NCBI GenBank assembly: GCA_951406725.2
Contig: OX597834.1
Coordinates: 25,792,001 to 25,856,000 of the forward strand
Length of the DNA stretch: 64,000 nt
Direction of reading: 5' to 3'
From: Octopus vulgaris
Taxonomy: Eukaryota
Part shown: piece after piece, positions 53,851-64,000 of the stretch
Position numbering within the stretch: the first letter of the stretch is position 1
Layout: every line of letters begins with the position of its first letter
Notes under the pieces: generated by a model
Told to the model about the DNA's origin: nothing
Database searches by the model: none
The model's input: only the letters and a program-made list of their open reading frames with translations
Position numbers and translations under genes: made by a program

Positions 53851-54696
53851 GACTGACATGAGCATACATGTATGCATGTACACACATACCCAACACACCC
53901 GACACACACATACACATGTATGCATATATACTGGTGTAGATATAGCTCACTCTCTAAATATGTTGCTTTAGGTTCAGTCCTATTGTGTGGCACCTTGAGT
54001 AAATGCTTACTACCATAGCCCCAGGCCAATCAAAACCTTCTAAGTGGTTTATGCAGATGGAAATTAATGTAACTCATAGTGTGCGGGTTGGGTGGGGTGG
54101 GGCTATTGTCTGCTTGTGTGTTTGTTTCTTCTTCTTGTCCTGACATCACATAATAATTGTCAACAAATGTCACCAGCCAGCAGATTATTTGCAGCCTTCC
54201 ATGAAAGCATGTCTGGCTGTTGTGCTGTTCATGTTCGTAGGTCTAGAGGAAATATTACCTTGCTTGGTAACAGCTGAATGTTGGCAACAGAAATGCTGGC
54301 AGATTTTCTAAGAAATTTACAAGCATCAAAAAGTGGATGTTGAAGTGATGATGATGACTCTGTGTGTGTATGTGTGTACACATTTACGTGCACAAATGCA
54401 AGCTTACTTTTGCTTCTCGTTGGGTAGTTTTTAAGCCAGTTTTCCTTTTCTTATACATAAATCTTTATATACATCTTCATCATCTTCATCATCCTCATTC
54501 ATCATCACTATCATTATAAATGTCACTGACATCAGCTAATAAACATACTAGATTTCAAAATTATTCTTTAATTCCTTAAAAACCTGCCAAAATATCACCA
54601 GTATTTCGCCCAAATAATTAGAGGTTATACCTTAATTTGGAATGAACCAGATGACCTTGAGGAAATAACTAAAGAGAGGAAGAAAAGGTCAATAAC

Positions 54697-54929
54697 CTAT
54701 TTCTTTATTACCCACAAGGGGCTAAACACAGAGGGAACAAACAAGGACAGACATAGGTATTAAGTCGATTACATCGACCCCAGTTCGTAACTGGTACTTA
54801 ATTTATCGACCCCGAAAGGATGAAAGGCAAAGTCAACCTCGGCGGAATTTGAACTCACAACGTAACGCAGACGAAATACCGCTAAGCATTTTGCCCGGCG
54901 TGCTAACATTTCTGCCAGCTCGCCGCCTT
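54697..54929 (-). mobile_element. SINE family B copy with an apparent target-site duplication
   Basis: Flanked by gtcaataacc on both sides (54688-54697 and 54930-54939). Confidence 0.88.
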
Positions 54930-56254
54930 GTCAATAACCATTGAATTCCAATAGATATTGATAACATATTGATACTTCCTGCTTTTAGTTCTGTGACTTT
55001 CTAAATATTTTTGTAGGTTTTTAGAGGACTTTTTTTTTTCTTTGTTTTTTTGGAGGCTCATGAAATATTGTTAGAAAATATATTAGTTTCTTTTCCTTTT
55101 CTTTTCCTTCTTCTTTGTCTTGTTGTTGTTGAAGCTTACAATGCCTAAATGATCAGTTTCAAATTCTGGCACAAGGCTTGTAATTTCAAAGAATGCAGAA
55201 TAAGTTGATTACATCAACCCCAGAGTTCAACTGGTACTTATTTATCGACCCTGAAAGGGATGAAAAGTAAAGTCAGCTTTAGTGGAATTTGAACTCAGCA
55301 CATAAAGACAGACAAAATGCCTCTAAGCATTTTCCCCAGTGTGCTAACAATTCTGCCAGCTCACTGCCCTACAATGCCTAAATTATCACTCGTTAACATC
55401 ATCGTTGCTTTCATATCTGTTTTTCCATGCAAGCATGGGTCAGATGAGATTTGTTAAGTCAGGTTTTCTACAGCCGGATGCCCTTCCTGTTTCCAAGTAA
55501 AGTGATATTTTTCCCAAATCTGGACATGTTTTCACAGAAGATTGTAAATGATGGTTTTGCTTGTTTTAAAATTAGTATGCAATATCAAGTCAAACAGACA
55601 CACACACACACTCACTGCACCTACATACATACATACACATGTACACAATGTTCATAGACAACAGATTAGTGTGTATAGAGTCTATATAAGATACATGTAA
55701 TAAAACTGCATAGATACTATGGAAAACCACAGACAAGCTAAACTAGGAAAATGGAGCCACTATTTATGAAACCAAATCCAAAACATTCCAGAGCACACCT
55801 GTCTATTTTGGACAAATGCCTCACAAAATTTATTTCCTCAACTCACTGCTTTCTCAAAGACAACTCTTAGGATTATCGCAGTTGATGGAGCTGATGCTAC
55901 AAAATATAATACTATCGATGGCTTACAACACAGGAAGCTGGCTACTGCAACAACAGTTTTCTACAAAATGCTCACAAGTTACTGACTAGACTACCGAAAG
56001 TGGTCTAGCACTACCAACATAGTATAAAAGGTACCTCTTTACAAAGGCCATTACATCCATGCCTGTGCACATGACCCCTTAACACTTGATGCTTAGACCT
56101 GCACTCTTGACTGAAGCATTCTGTACGCAACTCACAAAATTTGAAACAGAATTCTGGAGACCATCACAAGAGTGAACTTGAGATAAAAGCTAAGTGCACA
56201 ACCAACACTTGTCATTCACAACATGGGAGCTACAGGGAACCAATGATTGACCTA

Positions 56255-56692
56255 TTAAAAGCAAGAGTTATAACCAACAATGCTAATGTTCAAAAGTGCA
56301 TGGCTATAACCATCATCATCATCATCGTTTAACGTCTGCTTTCCATGCTTGCGTGGGTTGGACGATTGCTGGCATGGGTTGGTCTGAGGTCTGGCAAACC
56401 AGATGGCTGCACCAGGCTCCAATCTGATCTGGCAGAGTTTCTACAGCTGGATGCCCTTCCTAATGCCAACCACTTAAAAGCAAGAGTTATAACCAACAAT
56501 GCTAATGTTCAAAAGTGCATGGCTATAATCATCATCATCATCATCGTTTAACGTCCGCTTTCCATGCTTGCATGGGTTGGACGATTGCTGGCATGGGTTG
56601 GACTGAGGTCTGGCAAACCAGATGGCTGCACCAGGCTCCAATCTGATCTGGCAGAGTTTCTACAGCTGGATGCCTTTCCTAATGCCAACCAC
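56255..56692. repeat. 219-bp tandem duplication spanning a flank/SINE junction
   Basis: ttaaaagcaagagttataaccaac...cctaatgccaaccac starts at 56255 and again at 56474. Confidence 0.9.
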
Positions 56693-57377
56693 TCTGAGAG
56701 TGTAGTGGGTGCTTATACGTGCTACCGGCACGAGGGCCAGTCAGGCGGTACTGGCAATGGCCATGCTCAAATGGTGCACTAGCAATTTTTATATCACATA
56801 TACACATATATTAGTGCATGTATAGATGAGTGTGTGTAAATACAAACACATACACATATATACATACATAAACACATTCATGTGAATCTGTGTGTGTGTG
56901 TGTACATACATCTATGTTAATATGTTCTTATATTACCATAATTTCTTCTGTCTAAGAATTTGGATAAATTCTTTTATTTACTTAGGGATTGTCATTGGGT
57001 GATGTGAGTGTATATGTGTTCATGTATTACAGGTATGTAAATACACACATATTTATATTGTATATCACTACTCATATATACATATACCTGTATTTGTCCT
57101 TGTTGTTCATATACATGTCACTAGCCACCCTGAGTTATTTCTCTTAGCACATATTTGTTTGAATTATGCACATATATATATGTGTGTGTGTGTGTATGTG
57201 TGTAAGTATATACATATGTCTACTTATATGTGTGTCTAAATATATATATGTATGTGTGTATATATGCACACACACATACATGAAGAGTCACTGGAGGAGC
57301 TAAAGCCCCACAAGGTCTGTGACCTGAGCTGATTCAGGGGAACCCATGGAATTAACCATTATCTTATAAACCTCATT

Positions 57378-57450
57378 AGTTTTCAGCTGTTTCTGCTATA
57401 AAATGCAGTGAACTCATAGTCGAGTAACACCTTATAGCTTCATTGGAGTC
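57378..57450 (-). ncRNA. Decayed copy of the 44820-44900 hammerhead family
   Basis: The minus strand reads gact-CCAATGA-a-GCTATAA...TTATAGC-a-GAAA-CAGCTG-AA-aactaatg. Core and cleavage site are mutated; stem II pairing is kept. Confidence 0.45.
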
Positions 57451-58048
57451 ACAAATAAAAAGTACCTATATATATAGGTACTTTTTATTTATGACTCCAG
57501 TGAAGCTATATGTATAATATATATACACATATATATATATCTTTGTACATACACACACATAAATGTGTATGTATAGGCACACATACATAGTTGTGTTTTT
57601 ATATATATAGACATTCTCAGTAGATTTAGGTTGTACATTATTTGTTGTATGATTATCACAAAGCATTGACCACAGTGTTTATAGCAATGGCTACCAATTG
57701 TCAGCAATAAAGACCATACACAATGCTGCTGTGGGTTGCACAGGTTTACAATTTCTCATAATTACAAGTGTCTGTCTAACACTAACCCTAACTTTGTTAT
57801 ATTGCTGTGTGACCTGTTTCTGTTATTCTAATTATGTGTTCATGTATTACAGGTATGTAAATACACACATTTTTATGTTGTATATCACTACTCATATACA
57901 CATAATTGTTGTTCATATACATGCCACTGATCACCCTGAGTTATTTCTCTTAGCTCATATTTGTTTGAATTATACACACACACAGGTGTGTGTGTGTGTG
58001 TGTGTGTAAGTATATACATATGTCTGCTTATATCTGTGTCTAAATATA

Positions 58049-58082
<34 letters not shown>

Positions 58083-58431
58083 CATACACACACACACACA
58101 TACATGTAGAGTTGCTGGAGGAGCTAAAGAAATGTTTTGCACATGAGTTTAGTGTTTAACTATTCAACCATAAAATGTCTCTGTATCTATTCAGTTGTTT
58201 GTTTTGTCAGTTTTTCCATGCTAGTACTGGTTAGGTGAATCTTATCGTTAAAGCATTGTTTTATAGTTTGATGCCCTTCCTGTAGCTAATCCATGCCTGT
58301 TTTTCAAGTAAGAGATCTATTACACATTTTCAAGGGTGTGAAGCAAGAGGACAGTTTGTTGATAGAAGTGACCATAGTGACAACACTCATTGTGCAAACA
58401 AATACATGTGCACACACAGTCACAAATAGTT

Positions 58432-58822
58432 ACTCTTTTACTTGTTTCAGTCATTTGACTGTGGCCATACTGGAGCACCACCTTTAGTCAAGCAAATTGA
58501 CCCCAGGACTTATTGTTTGTAAGCCTAGTACTTATTCTATTGGTTTCATTTGCCGAACCACTAAGTTACGGGGATGTAAACACACCAGCATCGGTTGTCA
58601 AGCGATGTTGGGGGGAAGGGGGACAAACACAGATACACAAACATATACACACATGCACATACAACGGGCTTCTTTCAGTTTCCGTCTACCAAATCCACTC
58701 ACAAGCTTTTGGTCAGCCCGAGGCCACAGTAGAAGACACTTGCCTAAGGTGCCACACAGTAGGACTGAACCCAGAACCATGTGGTTAGTAAACAAGCTAC
58801 TTACCACAGCCACTCTTACGCC
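58432..58822 (-). mobile_element. SINE family A copy
   Basis: Sequence identity to the family by eye. Confidence 0.88.
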
Positions 58823-60541
58823 TTAAATATAATTTTTACAAGCCATTATCAGATTGATGGTGGCTAGTATGATGAAGACATTAGACTTATCTTTTTGTGC
58901 TCTCCATAGTCATCAATAGAGACAGGGTAAGTCAATTATATTTAGAAAATACATAACATTGTATGTATTATATAACTATATTTATAATCATTCCTGCAAT
59001 TTAAAGTGTTAGTCTTCAACTGTTATTTCTTTCAAAGAACTCAGAAATACACTTGTATTTCCTTATTCTTTGGAAAACTTTAATTTTTTCATCATCAGTT
59101 CATCATTATTTAATCTCCATGTTCCATGCTAGCATGGGTTGGACAGTTTTACAGGTTCCAAATGGTCCAAGCACTGCATTGTGCTCCAATCTCTGCTTTG
59201 GTATATACTTTGTACAGCTGGATGCCCTTGCTAATGCCAACCACTTTACGGTGCTTTTCTTTTTGCATGCCACTGACACTAGTGAGGTTGTCATGCAAAA
59301 CAGTAATTCATTTTGTCTTTTCCTTGGAAATTTATACTAAACCAATCTGCTATCAGTGGTGATTAAATGATAGAAATTCTCTTTTCCACTGATGATCATA
59401 GTAAGCATATGAAACACTAGTCCTAATGACTGAAGCAATTTTAATAGATATTTATTTAAAATCTACTTTACAGATATTTTTACCACTTAGTCAGATGAGG
59501 AAGAGCAATGATCCTTTTCAGGGTTTCTGAGACTAGTGGAAAGGAAGGAGGGCAAAAGGAGGTTGTCCTTACAATAGAAACTTGGCCTATAGTTTTACCA
59601 CATGGAGCTTAAATCTTTGTTGGTTAACCACTGATTTCACAAAGGATTAGCAAACAAGTACGCATGTGTTTTTTGTAGTTACAGTAAAATATGGATTATT
59701 GTAAAGCAACAACCAAATAATTGTATGACTAATAGACACACACATTTACATTTTACAGATATTTCACACCATGTATATTTCTAATTTCGGTTCATAGTTG
59801 TCTTAATACTTTAGTTCCCATCAGATAAAGTAATCTGAGAATAGAAGAAAGAAATAATTAAATTCTTCTTTTTGGTACATTTTTTTAGTTGAAATAAGCC
59901 AAGTTCTAATATTTCCATAAAAAGTTCTTCCTATGTTCCCACAGAAACTACAAATACCATTCTTTAAACGTATGTATTGTATGCATGTATATGTATGTGT
60001 ATGTACATATGTATTGTATGAAGTTCTTGTTAATCTTTTAGATACCAATCCATCTGAGATTGTCCTTGGCTCTATAATACACACTTCCTGTTGGTTTAAA
60101 TTAAAACCTTCTATCAAAATTTTATGTTAATTTATGTTCCAAATACTAGATTATATATCTATAAAAAATTACTTTAATAAATTCTTTAATATTTTCAAAA
60201 TTAATTGAAACAAGGGCAGTGTATTTCAACAGGAATATCATAACCGAAGGGTTTAAGATATTTTAATTCATGTGGTTTTGTGAAGTTATTGGGTTATTTT
60301 TCTCAGATACTCTCATTCTTTATCCTTTACTTGTTTCAGTCATTAGATTGTGACCATGCTGGAGTACCACCTTGGGGAATTTTAGTCAAATGGATGGTGG
60401 CCCTACCTTCCACATTTATTTTTTTGAAAGCCTGGTACTTATTCTGTTGATCCCTTTTGCCAAACCATTAAGTTACAGGAATCTAAAAACACCAATACTA
60501 GTTGTCAAGCAACGGGTGGAGGGACAAGCACAGACACAAAT

Positions 60542-60575
<34 letters not shown>

Positions 60576-60581
60576 ACATGG

Positions 60582-60619
<38 letters not shown>

Positions 60620-60928
60620 ATACCGGAGTAAACACATAAATGTGACACAAGGTGGAAAAAAGAGTACTCAAATACCAGTGGTAGAGTAATATGCTTTATT
60701 TAAAGCAGCAGAAAATTCAACAAAACCTGTTACTCTGAGTTTCCTGTTGCCGTTCATCGGCAACTGGGAAACTCAAATTAACAGTATCTCATAGCTTTTG
60801 ATTGAATTTTTTGCTGCTTTAAATAAAGTATATATATATATATATAGGGAGAGTTTACAAAAAAGACAAAGAAAGGTGGTGTACAAAACAAACAGATGTA
60901 TTAGTATAACGCTCAAGAATAGAAAAAG

Positions 60929-60966
60929 TCTTTTACGTTTCGAGCCTACGCTCTTCTACAGAAAGG
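60929..60966 (-). ncRNA. Minimal hammerhead-like motif (A6U core variant), same family as 28146-28183
   Basis: The minus strand reads ccttt-CTGTAGA-a-GAGC-gtag-GCTC-GAAAC-GTA-aaaga. The surrounding 60847-61000 aligns by eye with 28051-28220. Confidence 0.45.
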
Positions 60967-63900
60967 GACAGAAAAAACATGGAGAGAAAAAAAATGTGTG
61001 TAGTGGCTAACGATCTATCATGACAGGCTTCTTTCTACCAGATCCACTCAGAAAGCTTTGATTGGCTTGGGGCTATAGTAGAAGACACTTGCCAAGGTTG
61101 CTACAGAGTGGGACTGAACCTGGAACCATATAGTTGAGAAGCAAACTTCTTACCACTCAGCCATGCCTATGCTTGATACAGAATTTTGTTTTTTTCTGTT
61201 TCGAATTTGGTTTGCAAGAATTTTTATCTGAAACTGCTATATTGAAACCAATATTGTTCTATTTGGAAAGAATCATAACAGATAAAGGCTATAAACACAT
61301 TCACCAGTTGCTGCTTGTCTACATTTTACTTCTTTCTTTTTCCAAACAGTCCCCAATTATGACTCCTCTTAAATATTGGTTTCAAACAATTGGCACTAGG
61401 CCAGCAATTTCGGAGGAGGGGTAAGCCAATTACATCAACCCCAGTGTTCAACTGGTACTTATTTTATTGACCCCAAAAGGATGAAAGGCAAAATCGACTT
61501 TGTTGGAATTTGAACTCAGAACATAAAGACAGACAGTATTAACAATTCTGCTAGCTCGTCACCTTCCTCTTCCCAAATATAGGAATATAGTGAATAAAGG
61601 AAAACCTTATTTTTAAAGATATTCCAATGAATTCCCTAAATGCTTCATCATAAGGAAATCTTTCTTTTTTTTTTTTCATTCTGTATCTTAAGAGGAAGTG
61701 GAAAGGATTCTTTAATAGTCTTTCCTTTTCAGGGTTCTTGTCACATAGATAATAAAGATAGTTGTGCTAGTTGGCTTTGAACTTTTTAAAAGTCAGAGAT
61801 TGGGTTGGAAGCCGTGGGCAGGGTGGTGGATATAATTAAGGGTAATATATGGGTGTGGGTGTGTTCTTTATGAATGCAGTTTTCAGAAGGAAGGATTGAT
61901 GGAGGAGGATTATATTTTGTGTAAGGTTTAAAGAGATTGAGACCTAAAAGGAGTAGCAGAGAGACGAGGACTATGTTGGTTTTATTGAAGTTGTTTGGCC
62001 CGAGGTCAACCCTAATCAGAAGTAATCCAGTTATGGCCATTCCTCCCCTTTGAATTATCTAGTACCGGGCATGGCTGTGTGGTTAGAGAGCTTGCTTCCT
62101 AGCTACATGGTTTCGGGTTCAGTCCCACTGCATGGCACTTTGGGTATGAGTCTTCCGCTATAGCCCCGAGCCAACCAAAGCTTTGTGATTGAATTCGGCA
62201 GGCGGAAGTTACTGCCGTGTGTGTATTTGTGCGTGTAGGTGCTTGTGCCTCTCCGAAAGAGAGAGAGGGAACACTATCCAATGTATCATTTCTATTTTTA
62301 AGACAATGGTATGTGATTTGAAGGTGAAACAGCTGCTAGTTTTAGCAGGTTGAATGACTATATTGAAGCATCCCCTCATTGGCTCAGATAAGCATGTTTA
62401 AGTTGAGGTGGTTGAAAGGTACAAAGGCCATTATATCCACACAGCTAGACTAACTACAAAAGCATCTGAGGGGCACCCCAATGACTGGTTGCATCAGATC
62501 TTGAAGATAAGGAATGTTACTCAAAAGGGTTCATAGCTCAGAGATCAAGAAATATCTCCACATCAAGCCACTACTTCTCTGCATTAAGATGTCACAGCTC
62601 CAGTACTATGAACATATGATTAGAATGTTGCAGAAAAGAATTACAAGATAAATTCTTCAAACTGAGTCAACGGGCAGAGGTAGGAATAGGCCATTAACGA
62701 GACGGGGTTGGCTAATATCCATGTTCTCACTTGGGAATCCAGCTGGAAAGTGGAATGACATTTGCTTCTGATAAAACTGTTCCCTCACAACCCTTTTAAA
62801 CATAGTGGGTGGAGAAGATGAATGTTAATATTGGTGTAATTGTAAATACATTTGGTAAATAGCATGACTATTGTTCATAAAGCACTAATAGCAATTGAAG
62901 ATGTCTTTGAAAAACCTTTCATGTGTCTATCTACTTCTTTTGGCCCATTTTCTTCTATTCTTTTAGATAACCTGAGACTGTCTTTGTTTTTATGGTACTT
63001 CCTGTTTATGGACTTCCTGTTTTAAAACTTCCTTTTAAAATTTCATTTTAATTTGTTTCAAACATCAACTTCATAATGATTTTATTTTGTGATATTCTTC
63101 ATTATTTTTGAAATTATTTGAGAGAAAAAGTGTGTTTCAAAAGAAATATAGTAACAAATGGGTAAATATGTTTATATTTGTTTTGACTTTTGGTCCATTT
63201 TCTGGTGATCTTTTGGAAATGTTTTGCATATGTATTTTCTTGTTTCGGTGTATTTTCTTGTATTCTTTAAGAAACCTTTCATGCACATACCTGCTCTGTT
63301 CTATTCTTTTTTCTTGTAAAAATCTGCCTATTAAAGAACACTTTTTGAAAACGTGATATTTCTATGAAATAAGATATTAGTTATTGTTCAGGGTTGCCAC
63401 AGTTTGGTCAGATGGTAAAGTTTACATATCAACAAGGTCCTAGGTTCACTCCCTCTGCAAGGCATTTTGGACAAATGTCATTTTCTACACCTTCAGATTG
63501 ACCCATAACTTGTGAGAGATATTGAGTAGTGGAAGCCTGTCAAATTGATTGTATCTTCTTCATAATTGTCATCATCGTCATCAATTATTTAACATCCATT
63601 TTCCATGTTGACATGGGTTGGCTGGTTCAACAGGGGCCAACTATCCCAAGAGCTGTGTTGATCTTCAATGTCAACTTTCTACATCTGGATGTCCTTCCTA
63701 GAGCCAACCACTTTACAGAGTATGTAGGGTACATTTTTTGTGACACCAGCAGTGGTGAGGTCACCGAGTAACTCAAAAGACAAGACTCCTGCAGTGTTGA
63801 GAGAGATGGCTTTGTGCTTGGAGTCAAGAAGTTAGAGTATAATAGAGTGACAGGAACATTTGTCTTGCTATAGAGGAGACAGTGTGCCATGCTGGTTCTA

Positions 63901-64000
63901 CCTGAGGATTACATTCACCCTTTAGCCTTCAGATTACTCTGTCAAATGCATGGTTTTGAATTAACCATGCAAAAACTTGTTGCTTCAAGATTTCAATGAT

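Noticed and set aside
63392-63414. Short AG..GT candidate exon
   Set aside because: It runs into a degenerate family A SINE head and has no LIM-like peptide.

Overview
Eukaryotic, AT-rich, microsatellite- and SINE-saturated DNA; the repeat content is consistent with an octopod cephalopod (inference). Almost the whole window looks intronic. I can support only one host coding exon: 18107-18322 (+), 216 nt, AG/GT-bounded, phase 0-0. It encodes a complete LIM domain plus the start of the next one, most like the PET-LIM Limpet/LIMPETin branch of the Prickle/Testin family. A candidate non-coding exon or alternative first exon ends at a perfect donor at 48657. The rest is at least four tRNA-type SINE families, LINE fossils (RTE, CR1-like, R4/Dong-like), a mariner fossil, nested MITEs and simple repeats. 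The main hidden signal is a dispersed set of about ten type I hammerhead-ribozyme motifs (stem I-CUGANGA-stem II-GAAA-short, often palindromic stem III-NUH-stem I'). They sit in short non-coding elements beside (TA)n tracts, several as head-to-head palindromes, and resemble Penelope-like element (PLE) termini or retrozyme-type mini-elements. The best examples are 39274-39324, 44820-44900, 29737-29823 (-) and 51599-51633. Nearly all ORFs in the supplied track are microsatellite or SINE artefacts. Repeat boundaries were read by eye and are approximate.
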